Shown here: positions 1 to 24,918 of the stretch, in pieces
Layout of the letters: every line of letters starts with the position of its first letter
How positions within the stretch are numbered: the first letter of the stretch is position 1
Assembly (NCBI RefSeq): GCF_009914755.1
Contig: NC_060925.1
DNA length: 64,000 bases
DNA from: the human T2T-CHM13v2.0 reference genome, Homo sapiens
Direction: 5' to 3' (one strand)
The notes under the pieces: model-generated
Told to the model about the DNA's origin: nothing
Database searches by the model: none
What the model saw: only the letters and a program-made list of their open reading frames with translations
Made by a program: the position numbers and the translations under genes

Positions 1-64
1 CAGGAGTTTGAGACCAGCCTAGGGAACAAAGTGAGATCCTGTCTCTATTTGTAAAAACAAAAAT

Positions 65-300
65 TTAGAACAGGCAAATTAAAAAAGACAAAAAGTATAT
101 TAGAGGTTACCAGAAGGTGGGAAGAGAAGGGGAAGGAAGCTATTACTTAAGGGGTACGGTATTTTTGGAGTGATGAAAAAGTTTTAGAAATAGATAGTGG
201 TGACAGTTGTAAAATATTCTGAACACAATTAATGCCACTAACTGTACACTTAAAGATTAAAGTGGCAATTTTTATGTTATATATATTTTACTGTACAAAA
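65..300 (+). mobile_element. Ancient L1M 3'-end fragment
   Basis: AGGCAAA...GAGGTTACCAG...TTTTTGGAGTGATGAAAAAGTTTTAGAA.TAGATAGTGGTG...TGTACACTTTAAA. Confidence 0.7.
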
Positions 301-1313
301 AGCTAGTATCTTATTTGCACTTAATGTTGTAGTATTAATGTTTGCAATTTATAAACTTCTGATCTTGTTAGTGTAAAATGTAATTTGTTTGTATATACTT
401 AGGTGGTATTCTACTAAGAATAAAGGAAAAAAAATGTGGTTACCAGTAAGTACTTTATCACCCCAACTTTGGCAATTGATATGACCCCTCATTTAACAGC
501 ATTGTCAGTGAAGTCATGTTTCTTAGGTAACTCAAGTATTTTATAAATTTCAAATGTAATGAATGAAGAAGTGAAAGAAAAAAAAAAGACCATTTTATAT
601 CAATCTATGCTTTCTCTATCTAAAAGACTTCTGAGTTCCTCCATACAAAGAATGCCAACAGTAACATCAGCAAGATCAGATCATCTCCTGCAAACCTACC
701 AATCTGGTGATAAAAGTAAAAGGATTCAGCTGTCTGCAAGTAAAGGCTAATGCAACCTGTATCCATCCCAACTCCCCCAAATAACTAATACTTTCTTAAA
801 AGTCAGACTACATTTTTGTATCCATATTTCACTTCTGTGTGTGACTAATTTTAAGATGATGCCATTAAAACCATCTGATTAGTCACATTTTAATTAAGCA
901 TCAAAATTCCTACACAGTGCCAGAATTTATGCATTCAGAACACCTGACTTCATTTGACTTAAAGAATTCTTAGTATTAATCATAAATGACCAATATAAAC
1001 ACTATTCTTTAAGGAATGAATAAGAGTCACCATTTATATCCTGAGGAAAACATAGCATTGGGATTCGTCTCAGAACCAGTTTAAGATATTCTTTGTTTTG
1101 AAAATCCTCTTAAAGGCACTAAAAAAAAATCTACCCACAGGGTAAGTGAACTAAGTGAAATCTACCTAATTAAGGTCACATGACAGAGTAAAAGTTACTC
1201 AAATGATCAGTCACTTCGGTTTTCCAATTTATTTTCCCAATATATCACACCAGGGTTAAATAATGATACAGGGAGCTATCTGAAAGATTTGATGTCTATA
1301 AAATGTCCTCTGT

Positions 1314-2526
<1,213 letters not shown>

Positions 2527-2751
2527 CTCATCTGGAAATATTTTGTTTCTAAAAATAAATGGAATCTATTATCAGACTATTCTTGGAAAAGATAATAGGT
2601 TCCTCTAGGGCAAGGACCCCATGTTATCATACCTAAGTTGATGCTCACTAAACCGATTTCCACTGATGCCATAATGTATAGTTTATCATATCAACTTTCA
2701 TTTTTATTCATTACCTCTCAAGTGACACTGTGCAATTCAGGAATTTAGCCC

Positions 2752-3422
<671 letters not shown>

Positions 3423-4075
3423 GGTCCTACATAAAAACAATCACTTTTTTAAAAACTACATTTTGCATCTCATCTTGCTTGCACTAGGCACAAAGCCACA
3501 CTTTGTATAAGGCATACTGCATACAGTTTCAAATCAGCAAAAATTTTTAAGGGCATACTCTGTTTAACATAACTGGTACTATAGCAGATTAATAAAAGTC
3601 ATTTTTCCTCAAAAAATTTATGTGTGAAAAGTCAAATCCATTGTTTAAAAGTTAAAAACTAATACAAAGCAGTATATAACCCAGTGTTAGAGTGGTTTAT
3701 AATAAATATCAAACTCATGAAACATACTTTACCAGTCTGTTAAATGTATTTATAAAATTCATAAATGTTTCAGACATTATGCTAAATTTCTGCTGCTTGT
3801 ATGGTTATTAGTTCTTTAAGGAAATCCACTCTGTCATATTAATAGGAATGAAAGTAAAAGCAATTTCTTCCATGATGAACAGAATTTTTAAAAAATTGTG
3901 ACAAAGAAAGAACCCAGCATACTTCCAATAACTTTCTGTATTGTAATACTTATTTCCATTTTCCCTCCACATATCCTCATCTTTCTGATTTGTGGCTGTT
4001 TGTCTCCACTTAATATAAGAGACTTTATTTTCTTTTTATTTTGCAGAATATACGTCAGTGATTTTGGTATAATTA

Positions 4076-6118
<2,043 letters not shown>

Positions 6119-7569
6119 TATTTATTGTAAAAAGTTCAGGTATAAATGAATCAGAAAGCAGTGACTGAATCAAATTAGCTCTATAATTTGATATAACTAA
6201 AGCTACAATTCAATAATATCACCAAAGAAAGAACCTAGCATGAAAATATTAACTAAATGGTTCAGTTTCAAAGACACTTTGAATTCTGGATACCTTAACT
6301 CAAAGAATCCCAATAATATATTAAATTCCTTGGATCCTCACTGAAAGTGAGAAGCTCATTTCTAAGCATATGTGCACAAGTACCTTAGCCTCTTCATGCC
6401 TGCTTGCCTGTCCCACAGTTAGAGAAGGCAGGATATTTGGTTAGGCATATGTTTACGAGTACAGACAGGAAAATTCCAACTTTAAAACCAAATATTTTCC
6501 TTGTTTAATTCTGGTATCTTATTGGTCCATATGCTGCCTCCTCCTCACAGTATGGTATCCAAATCTCCTAGATTGTGACTTTCTTTTAAAGCATAATGAT
6601 AACATCAAGCAGACAGAATTGAAGAGTGGAAATACTATATGAGAAAGCAGAGCAAAACAGATGATGCTCTAAATGCAACTGACACACTTGCTAAAGACGT
6701 TAGGTGCTCCATAAATGCTTGTTGAAATGCTGTTTGTCAACATTTGTTGTGAAAAATTCATCTCTTTCTCTAAGAATCCTCATGAGTTAACCACAATCAG
6801 TTCTACATAATTTAACAGAAAACATCTGGTGGCACTTTTAAATGTTTAAGGACAGCATTTCACAAACTATGCCCGCCCCCAGTCCCACTGCAGCAGGAGA
6901 AAATAAGGCTATGGAGAAAAGCAAGATGAGTTATCAGGAGAGCCCTAAACATGTATATCATTTGTTTATACATATCTGTTCTACATTCTCAGATTTTCTA
7001 AAGAACGCCCTTTTTTTTTTCTTTTTAGCTTAAGCTAGCTGGATTTCAGTTTCTGTAATTTGCAAACAACACAATACTAGTATGGAGTGCCTGTCCAGTG
7101 CAAAAGAAAATCTTGTCTCTGCTTCCACAATGCCCATATGTATAACAGAATCCTATCAATGCTTTTATGGTAATTGACAAGGTGACAGTGACTATGAGGA
7201 AAAGAAACGGGTTTGAAAAATAACCACAATCCCTCTTAGAGACAACATATATTAAAAAGATTTTGAGAACTTATTCAGTAAAGAAACTTCTTTAACTCAA
7301 TTGAACTCACATTTACAAATCATATTTGAGCACGGGATATTTTTTAATGAACTTCTTATGTCTTTGAGAACTACTAACTGGTAGAGCACAGTTTGAGAAA
7401 TGCTAGTTGGAAACATGACCAGGATTCCTTAGATCTAGTACATGAAGAAAAATGGAAACAACCATTCTTCTCTGCTTCCTCGTATACTAAACATTTTAAA
7501 TAGAACAGGAGATCACAGAACTCAATTTTGAATGTAAAAGTAGTTTACATTCTAGATTGAGAAACTTAC

Positions 7570-7643
7570 CTGCATTGAAATAAGAATGAAATCAATTAGG
7601 CTCCCAATTCCACAAAACCCTACAGTGCAAAACTTTAACAAAC
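7570..7643 (-). CDS. TM2D1: TM2D1 exon 5 (GLLKFCTVGFCGIGSLIDFILISMQ; second TM helix)
   Basis: 74 nt; acceptor CTTCTTTTCTAG, donor CAG|GTAAGT; cumulative CDS 513 nt with no stop, so the gene continues beyond window position 1. Confidence 0.96.
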
Positions 7644-9069
7644 CTAGAAAAGAAGGTAAAGTCATTTATAATCTGGAAGGTCTTCTAAATATTAACAAAC
7701 TGCTCCATTTTCCAATAAACCATTATTATATATATATATCACGCTCTTTATATCAAGAACATAAAAGTAACACTTAAAGAAATCAAATCTTCACTTGAAA
7801 ATGAGAAGAGTTTAAAGGAACCCTCTACACAGAAATGCCAAAAAATAATTTAATTCCCTTAACAAATAAATATTAGTAACTGAAAAAAACCTCAATATAA
7901 TCTAATAAAATTTCTAAGAGAAAAGGCCTAAGGAAATAATCCTTAAATCTCAGTACACCAGAGTTACATCTTTTAGTCCTAAAATCCTTAATTACTTATT
8001 TAGACTTCATACATTATGTGACCCAAAATTTACTATACATTTGGAGAGTTAAAATATAAAAATTGTCATGCCAAAAAAAAAATCAGGAAAAAACACTGCT
8101 CTTGTTGTAAAATTGCAAAATTTTATTAGCAATCCAATTACCTTTATCTTATATATTTCTTTTTCCTAAGGATCACCTGTTTATTAGCTCTATAGTCAAA
8201 ATCAACAATTCTGTGCTGAGCACTATATACAGCTTTGTCCTTGGTCCCAACCCAAGAGCTAAGATGCTAAAATAGATGATAACAGAGTATCTAATATGGG
8301 ACATCTACAATAATATAACCCAAAAACGATTGTAAGAGGCAGATTGGGGGTGGGCTGGGGGTGGGATGATTAATCTCTTATGAATTTAAACTTGAGTTTC
8401 TTACAAGACATCTCATATGAGATATAAAAATGGTATAAGACAAGACTCTTTGTGAAAATGTAGTTCCATATATCAACTACAAATAGATGCCAGCTAAAAA
8501 TCCTAAGAGAGGATGAGATCACACATCTCACAGAGGATCACACAGAGGATTCTCCCACAACCTGAGAATACACAAATAAGATTGAACTATGTAAGGACAT
8601 TAGATGACTTTTTCCCCCACATATAGCAGAATAATGTTGCAAGTACAGAAATAACATGGCGGCAATAAGTTAATAACTATTAAAATACAGAAATAATTAA
8701 AAATTTTGCTTTTAGTTTTCCTCAAAACATTCACTTACCTAACATTTTATCTTTGATTACTATCTGTCACACAGAAGCCCCATTAGGGCAGGGCCTTTTA
8801 TCTGTTTTCTTTACTCCTGTGTCCTTAGTGCCAACAACATTGCCTGGCACATAGTAAATGCTCAATATTTGTTGCATAAATTGATAAATATTCTCGTATT
8901 TCTGCTTCCCAAACACTCCCATCATTTCATCCATTACCTTAATAAAAACTCCTTTAGTTTTTTCATTAGTTGCATGGTACTATTAGTTGCCCAAAGAAAA
9001 TTGTCTGCTGAGGTTTTATCCAGCGTATTTCATATTTCCGAAATGTATTCCTCTTCACAAAGCATGTTA

Positions 9070-12247
<3,178 letters not shown>

Positions 12248-12939
12248 CTATTGCTTCTGATACCTAAAAGGATAACTTTTGATATCTAAAGGACCCAACT
12301 CCATAGCAAGATACTCAAAGCATTTTATAATCGGACCATAGACTACCTCTGTAGGCAGTGTCACCTCCTGCATTGTTCTTCCTACACGATCAGCTAAATT
12401 GTCCCCTCATCTCCCAGTGTACACTATATGCTTTACACATGCTGTTCTCTGCAATGCCTTCAACCTCTGTAATCTTTTCATCCTTCAAACCCTAGCTCAA
12501 ATGTCACCATATCTAAGAACTTCCTTAAGTCAACTGCATCAGTCCCTTTTCTGTACTCTCACAGCACGGTTATGGTTCTGTTACAGCGCTGTACCATAAA
12601 TTGGCCTACTAACATATTTATTTTATTTTTAACCAATATACACTGTGACCTTCATCATTATTTCCATATCACTTAGTTATTTAAATGTTGAATATATGTT
12701 TAATTAACTAAACAAGTATATATAGTACTTCATGACTTTTACTTAGGAACTTACAACACTGAGTTTTAGTATAGCTGTCAGAAATATATCTACCATCAAC
12801 CCCACAGTGAAGACTTCTCTTTCATCTTTTGTGGGTAGCAACATGGAAGAAATAAGGTTAGCTTTGCTAGCTAGTAGGCAGAGCATTCAAAAACTTTAAA
12901 TTTGCTCAGTGAAGGGCTAATATAGAAGCAGAGTACTAC

Positions 12940-13230
12940 AGTAAATAAAGCATGATCTCTGGAGCCAGAAAATTTGGGTTCAAATTGAGGTCACTAGCTG
13001 AGTGTCCTTGGGTAAATCTCTTAATCTCGTGACAATTTTCCTATCCATAAAACAAAGATGATAACAACAAATATGTCACAGAATAAAGGAAAGCCTCTAG
13101 ACTCAGTAAATCCCTTAACCTCTCTGGTGACAGTTTCCTTACCTGTTAAAGAGGATTTAAAGAGGATGATAAACTCAGAGGGTTGTAAGTCTTCAATAAG
13201 GGCAGGCATGTGAAAGTACTGTTTAAACAA
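12940..13230 (+). mobile_element. MIR fragments (two adjacent cores)
   Basis: CTGGAGCCAGA...GGGTTCAAAT...CCTTGGGTAA.TC.CTTAA.CTC...CAGTTTCCT.ACCTGT.AAA. Confidence 0.7.
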
Positions 13231-13801
13231 AAGCTATCATAAAATGTAAATAGTTTTCATAAGCATTAGTAACTATAGTAAATGTGATTACAGCCAGAAG
13301 GAAGATATAGAAAGGGGGGCTAAGGGTGATAGAAGTCAGGCTCCCACCCCAGCTCAAGTGGATCACCAAAGTTCCAACCCCAACTTGTTCTGAAAGAAGT
13401 GCATAGTTTCTAATCCCAGGGCAATGGTGAAAGAGATTTGGGCAGAAGGAAATATTTTTTGGAGTGGTAGAGGATGTACATTTATTCGTAAAACATTAAC
13501 TAAACATCCAGTGTGTGCCCAGCACTAGCAGTGACAGTTCCAGTGTACTATCGTAAGTAAATGCCTCCACTATCTTGTGTGTGTTTTCATAAAGGTGAAA
13601 ACATAGGAAAAGTCAGTATTTCTTACCTAAGCTGAACTGTTGGGCTAATTGATAGCTCTATACTCACAGAAGAACATTAACTACTCAACTCCAATTATAT
13701 AGAACTTATAATAAATACACAGAGATTTAATCCATAAGAACACCTACAATGAACTAAAATATAGGTTTCATAAGGATTTTTTTTTAATGAAACATACGCA
13801 C

Positions 13802-13893
13802 CCAAAGCAGGGTATCCAAGGTAAAATCGATCTGCTCCCAACCATCCAAGAAAAAGAGACAATGCGACTGCCACTTTGTAGGAATAGCCATTT
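13802..13893 (-). CDS. TM2D1: TM2D1 exon 4 (NGYSYKVAVALSLFLGWLGADRFYLGYPALG; TM1 + DRF motif of TM2 domain)
   Basis: 92 nt; acceptor TTTTTTGCAG, donor G|GTGCGT; encodes the hallmark TM2-domain LGxxGADRFYLG motif. Confidence 0.96.
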
Positions 13894-13959
13894 CTGCAAA
13901 AAATTAAAATCTGAGTATCATATTTCCAATGTGAACATTTTAGAAAAAAAAATTATTAA

Positions 13960-14350
13960 CTACTACTTGTTAATTGGTTCATTCTTTCACTCAGTTAATG
14001 TTTTTTAGATGCCTCCTGTGTGTCAGGCACTATTCTAGGCTATTGGAATATATTAATGAATAAAAGCAACAAAGATCCCTATCCCCGTGTAGCTTACAGG
14101 CTGGTGGTAACAAGCAATAAACACAAATATATTTAAAAAATAAATCATATACTATGTTAGAAAGTCATAAATGTTAACAAAAAAAAAAAAAAAAAAAAAA
14201 AAAAAGAAGTAGAGCAGGCTGTGTAGAATGCCGGGAGCCATTTAAATGGAGTGGTAAGAGTAGGCCTCATTAAGAAGGTGATATTTGAGCAGAGACCTGA
14301 GGGAACTGAGTGAGATGGCCATGCCATGCTTCTGAGGAAAGAGTGTCACA
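13960..14350. mobile_element. L2 fragment
   Basis: GTGTCAGGCACTATTCTAGGC...GTAGGCCTCATTAAGAAGGTGATATTTGAGCAGAGACCTGA. Confidence 0.7.
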
Positions 14351-14424
14351 GGCAAAAAAGACAGCCAGAACTATCATTTTGAAGTCAAATTTCATCAAGT
14401 AAGATCCCTGCTCATAATTCTCTT

Positions 14425-14426
<2 letters not shown>

Positions 14427-14460
<34 letters not shown>
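14427..14460. repeat. (GT)17 microsatellite
   Basis: Direct reading. Confidence 0.95.
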
Positions 14461-14462
<2 letters not shown>

Positions 14463-14650
14463 TTTATTGCACTGCATTGCATATTTGTAGGGAGTTAGAA
14501 AAAGTAGTAAGTGGCCCAGAGATGCTGTTTATGTGTCTAACGTTATAAGGATGTCAAACTTTATGCTGAGGGCAGGAGCACCTCATCTACAATGGAATAG
14601 GGCACCAAACTAGAAGCAGAAAAATAATTTAGAAGGCAATGCAAAAACTA

Positions 14651-17777
<3,127 letters not shown>

Positions 17778-18035
17778 AGAGAGAGAGAAAGAAGGGAATA
17801 GCCAAATGCTGCAGAAAGATTAAGATATGAACTGTAAACACTCCTTTGATATATTGACAAAGACTGCTGGTGAATATCAGCATGGCCAAAAGCCATACTG
17901 CATTAGACAGAAAATCTTGTAACAGATAAGTATTATCAGAACAAGTTTCAAAAAGCTTGGCTGGGAAGGGAAATGAAATTAGAAAAGCAATTATCTATGT
18001 AAGTAAATCACCCTAAAGAATAATCTGAAAACTGG

Positions 18036-18620
18036 TAGTATAGCAGAGATTAGTTATTCACCGAGCCATTTCTCTTTCTCTGTTGCCCAGGCTGGAGTGC
18101 AGTGGCACAATCTTGATCTCGGCTCACTGAAACCTCCACCTTCCAGGTTCAAGCGATTCTCATGCCTCAGCTCCTGAGTAGCTGGGATTACAGGCACGCA
18201 CCACCATGCCCAGCTAATTTTTATATTTTTAGTAGAAACGGGGTTTTACCATATTGGCCAGGCTGGTCTTGAACTCCTGACCTCAAGCGATCTGCCCGCC
18301 TCAGCCTCCCAAAGTGCTGGGATTACAGGAGTGAGCCACCACACCTGGCTCATTTCTCTTTTTCTTATGAATATACAGCTAACCTACATTTCCTAGTTCA
18401 CCTTGCAGTTAAGTGCAGCCATAACTGAGTTTTGGCCAATGGAAGGAAGATGTAAGTGTACACCATTTCCAAGTCTGGCCCATAAAATACTCCTACAAAG
18501 GTTTCCCTCTCCTCTTTCCCATCTGCTGCCTTAGTGGAAAGGACTCTAAGGACTACAGAAAGCAAAGCCAAAAGACGAAAGGAGCAAGGCCCATTCATGA
18601 CTACATGGAACAACTATGGC
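18036..18620. mobile_element. Old MLT1-type LTR fragment interrupted by an Alu (about 18078-18349, minus)
   Basis: CTACATTTCC...CTTGCAGTTA...CTGAGTTTTGGCCAATGGAA motif typical of MLT1. Confidence 0.6.
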
Positions 18621-19119
18621 CTCACCACCACCACCCAGACCTCCAAGTTAACCCAAATGAAGCAATGATGTAATACTAACATAGATGGCCAGTGTAAATA
18701 GGTGGGTGGCTTGGTCATCAATCAGACATGGTTACCAGACTTCAGTTTCTGGAGAATACATTATAGAATATTTGCAATACTAAGATGAAATTTTAATCAA
18801 GTATTAAACTATTATATATAGTTTGAAAAACAATATGCTAACAGGAGTACAAAGAAAATATGAAACTGGAAAAGGGACACCTAATGAGTAAGAATGTATC
18901 GCTGAGTCTTTATTCAGTAGCTGCACAGCAGCTGGCCTTTTGGTAGGCACATACCTAATATCTCGATAAAGCAAAATTATTTATCCAGTTATCTTAGCTT
19001 TGCCACTCTTACCATCAAAATTACCCATCAGTCTAACTCCCATTGTTCTGTTGAGCAATGCTCATTCTTTTTCTTTTATTTGTTTGAGACTGGATCTGGT
19101 TCTGTCACCAATGCTGTAG

Positions 19120-19245
<126 letters not shown>

Positions 19246-19512
19246 TAGAGATGGGGTTTCACCATGTTGCCCAGCTGGTCTCAAACTCCTGAGCTCAAGC
19301 AATCCGCCTGCCTTGGCCTCCCAAAGTGCTGGGATTACAGGTGTGAGCCACCACGCCGAGCCACAAATTCTGTCTTGAAATTGTTAACTTAGACCAGGCG
19401 CGGTGGCTCACAGCTGTAATCCCAGCACTTTGGGAGGCCAAAGCAGGTGGATCACCTGAGGTCAGGAGTTCGAGACCAGCCTGACAAACATGGAGAAACC
19501 CCGTCTCTACTA

Positions 19513-19692
<180 letters not shown>

Positions 19693-19999
19693 TTAAAAAA
19701 AAGAAAGAAAGAAAGAAAGAAAGAAAGAAATAGTAAACTTTATTGTAAGAAGGGAATAAGCTGGCCAGTAGCCTTGGAATATCTGGTTTCCCTGATGGTT
19801 ATATTTCTTATCATAATTGATATCAATATCTTATAAGGGCCAGGCATGGTGGCTCATGCCTGTGATCCCAGCACCTTGAGAGCCCGAGGCGGGCTGATCG
19901 CTTGAGCCCAGAAGTTTGAGACCAGCCTGGGCAACATGGTGAAACCCCATCTCTACTAAAAATACAAAAATTAGCCGAGCTTTGGGGCATGCACCTCTA

Positions 20000-20164
<165 letters not shown>

Positions 20165-21810
20165 TCAGTTGTATGCAGCCTAATCCATTTTGAGACACTG
20201 AAAGAAAAATCAGCATTAACTTGGAAATTAAGTAACAGACCATTCTGGTGTTAGCATTACAGATAATATAAACCTGTAAGTTCCAGCCTGAGTGGTTAGC
20301 TGTTCTCAACAGATGATTTTCTTACTGTAACCTATATCTTGGACCAGCATTTAATGTATTAGTTGTTTAGAATGTTTAAGGTAGAAATATCTATAAATTT
20401 AGGTATTGACTAAACCCTATTTTTTAAACTTACCCCTGTAATGGAAAAAAAAAGAAATCATATCTAAGTACATTGCAAACTATTCTTTTTTAATAATTTT
20501 TACTTGACTAATGCAAAATCTTGGAACCCAAGAAGATCAGTGGTAGGCTTAGGATTATACAGCAAGATAGAATCAAAAGCCCCTCATTAACTCAATGAGG
20601 TAGGGTCAAAAGAAAAGAAAGAACGCTGAGAGTTCTTGCTAAGAATTCCAACAACTTGTAGCAATAGTCTAACAGTGGTTTATTTCTTTTTTTTCTTTTT
20701 CCTTTTTAAGGTTCAATGCATCTGTACAGTGGCTTATTTCTTGAAACAACCAAAACTAAGTGCCATCAAATAGAATGTAACAATATACAGTTTTAGGCTG
20801 AAAATATAATGCCAACAATTAAAAATAGATAACACTAAATCATGTTTTTAGTACAAAGCAGGAACATAAGAATGAATAATAAGCTTTAGCAGAAAGAGAA
20901 ATCAAACTTAAAAGTCCTTTTTAAAAAATGTTTAATTTTAAGTTTTTTAGAGACAGGGTCTCTACTCTGTTACTGTGATCATAGCTCACTACAACCTCAA
21001 ACTCCTGGGCCCAAGTAATTCTCCCACCCCAGCCTCCCAGTGGCTAGGACCACAGGCAAGCACCACCTCACTGGGCTAATTTTTGTATTTTTTTGTAGAG
21101 ACAGGGTCTCCCTACTTTGCCCAGGTTGGTCCCCAACTCCTGGCCTCAAGTGATTCTCCTGCAATTGGCCTCCCAAAGTGCTGGGATTACAAGTGTAAGC
21201 CACCACTCTAGGCCTAAAAGTCCTTTAAATAGAGAAATTCCTAACAAAAGAAAGCCATTTGTCTTACTATCCCAAACTGATCATTTTTGCTGTTGTTTTT
21301 ATAAAAGACAGTGTCTCACTATGCTGCCCAGGCTAAACGTGAACTTCCGGGCTCCTCTGGCCTCAGCCTCCTGGGTAGCTAGGACTATAGGCATATACTA
21401 CTGTGTCTGGCTAGCCAAACTGATAACTTTTGAATTCTGTTTAACATTACCATTCATCATCCATATTTATCACAAAGAATAAAACCAAGTTTAAAATGCC
21501 CTTTATGTGCAAAAAATTAATTAGCATTTTTCTGATACAATAGGTACACAATTGCTGTTTGTACTCTAGAAATCTCCCACATTTTGAAGACAATTTTTTC
21601 ATAACTCAATTAGTGGCATAAACTAACTGACCTGAATTAACATGGCACGAGGCCATTTATAGTCTTTATTTGTCCCACATACTGGACTACTCAGCTCTAC
21701 TTGATTGGTGAATTGCATTTATAAAAAAAAAAAAAAATACACACTTGGCTGGGTGTGGTGGCTCATGCCTGTAAATCCCAGCACTTTGAGAGGCCGAGAT
21801 GGGAGAATCA

Positions 21811-22116
<306 letters not shown>

Positions 22117-22193
22117 TTATCTCCTCTCTTCATGCAATGAAGATATAATATAGGCAAGTAATCTGAAAATTTAAGTTTCAGTAATGTACTTAC

Positions 22194-22302
22194 ACATTTC
22201 GGCAAGATATGGGCTTGAAAAAACCAACTTCGTTCCCAGTAAAATGTGTTTCATTGCCACTGGAATCCTTACAAGTTATGTTGGGTGCTGGAAAACAGGA
22301 AA
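22194..22302 (-). CDS. TM2D1: TM2D1 exon 3 (VSCFPAPNITCKDSSGNETHFTGNEVGFFKPISCRNV)
   Basis: 109 nt; acceptor CTTTTTCTGCCTTCAG, donor GT|GTAAGT; phase 1 to 2 fits neighbours; Cys-rich ectodomain with NIT and NET sequons. Confidence 0.96.
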
Positions 22303-23313
22303 CTGAAGGCAGAAAAAGTCAAGAAACTGTTATTTTTTTTTTCTGGAGAAACAGTATGTAATTGTTCTAAGACTAGCAAATATGTTATAACAAACTACCT
22401 CCCAATATAACATGACACAAGCCTTTAATTTTAGGTGGGAAAAGTGACACTACGTATGTACTTACATGCAAGATAAACATAAAATTGTATAGTAGTCTCT
22501 TAACACAAAAATATAAGAGTTGCCACACTGGACTAGATGCATGGCCAATCTATAATTCAATCTCCTGCCTCTGATAAAGGTACCAAGGGAAGAATTGCAC
22601 AACATTACTGCCCTTTACTTCATCTCCAGAATTAAGAATACCTCTCAAATTTTTGTTGGTAATATGTTGGGCAATTTATCTATTAAATTATTTTAACATA
22701 ATCTGAGTTTGTATTTTTAGCATATACCAACGCTTATAGATAATTGTTGCCATAAATTATTTTCATTGATTCTAAATGTATTTGTTTCTTGATTCCCTCT
22801 GGGGTTTGATATAGATTATTTCAGAATTTAAGCAATCTTGATCCTTCCTCATAACCAGATGACATAAGAAGAAGAAGTAACACTTACAGACCCAGACAAG
22901 CACTGCCTTAACAGCTTTATAACCTCATAGTGTAAAGAACAAGACCTTTGGAATGAGAACAACTTATTTGGACATTGCTCCTTTCAGAACCTTCGATTCT
23001 TTGTAGGTAAAAATAGTACCAAAGGGCCAAGTGCAGTGGCTCATGCCTATAATCCCAGCACTTTGGGAGGCTGAGATGGGCAGATTCAAGACCAGCATGG
23101 GCAACATGGCGACACCCCATCTCTACAAAACAATACAAAAATTTGCCAGGCATGGTGGCTTGTGCCTGTGATCCCAGATACTTGGGAGGCTGAGGTGAGA
23201 GGATCACTTGGGCCTGAGAGGCAGACATAGCAGGGAGCCAAGATTGTGCCACTGCCCTCCAGCCTGGGTGACAGAGCAAGACCCTGTCCCAAAAAAAAAA
23301 AAAAAAAAAAATG

Positions 23314-23328
23314 TATATATATATATAC

Positions 23329-23359
<31 letters not shown>

Positions 23360-23363
23360 TATA

Positions 23364-23401
<38 letters not shown>
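23314..23401. repeat. Compound (TA)n/(CA)n microsatellite in an Alu tail
   Basis: Direct reading. Confidence 0.93.
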
Positions 23402-23402
<1 letters not shown>

Positions 23403-23985
23403 GACTACCCACCTCATAGCACCATTGTAAGAATATATAAAAGTACCTGGCAGAAGGCACAGTATATTGCAGGTATTCAATAAATCAACATTTTAGACTG
23501 AAAAGTACTAATACTTTTAGATTAGTTTCAGAAAAAGCTTACCTCTATGTTTAGCATCAAGAATTACATATTTTTTTAAAATAAAACTGTGTATAATAAA
23601 GTAAAAACAGAGAACCTAGAGTTTGATTAGGAAAGAAAGATAGTATTTTCTATCATTTATAATTATCCTAAGATTTCCAACAAATCATTGTCCTCTTTTA
23701 GGCAAGAATAGTACACTGAGAAAACGATGGTTAAAAAAACAAACAAACCCTATAATGACTTCTACACCTATTTGTCAGGTTACTGATAGTTCTAACTACA
23801 TTACCCCATAAATTGTATTTATTTAATGCATGGAAATTTCTAAAACAAGGTGGTGTTTATAATAAAACGCACAGATTCAATAAAACTGAGAACCATTTTA
23901 ATAAAACAAAGGGCGGTCGGGCGCGGTGGCTCAATGGCTCAAGCCTGTGATCCCAGCACTTTGAGAGGCCGAGGCGGATGGATCA

Positions 23986-24372
<387 letters not shown>

Positions 24373-24918
24373 TCAGGCATGGTGGTGCTCACCTGTTGTC
24401 AGGAGGCTGAGGCAGGACTGGGAGGTCAAGGCTGCAGTGAGCTGTGATCATGCCACTGCACTCCAGCCTGGGCAACAGAGTGAGACTGTCTCAAAAAAAA
24501 AAAAAATACAAAGAGATGTGGCAGAACTTAACAGGCAATTGGTATGTAGCTATTTGGCTACCTGCCTTGGCACAGGGATAAAATTTATTGACTTTTGCCA
24601 ATGAATTAATGTGACATCCTTTAGATTATATCTCTTGAAAATCTTCCATCTTGGATCATGCTTTTGATTAGTTATATAGTAGACAACTCAAAGTTGAGGT
24701 CAGCAAAAGTCTGAAATGTTGATATAAATTCTATGTCACTGAAAGGAGATCAACATGGTTTTAGATCACTAATTCTTTTTTTTTTTTAAGAGATGAGGTT
24801 TTGATGTTGGCCAGGCTGGAACTCCTGGCCTCAGGAGATCCTCCTGCCTCAGCCACTCAAAGTACTGGGATTACAGGTGTGAGCCACCATGATGTAACTA
24901 GCCCTAACTCAGTAAAAT

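Noticed and set aside
559-750. 63-aa ORF in non-repetitive DNA, or the missing TM2D1 last coding exon
   Set aside because: No recognisable homology, and no sequence matching the expected TM2D1 C-terminus was found in 1-7569.
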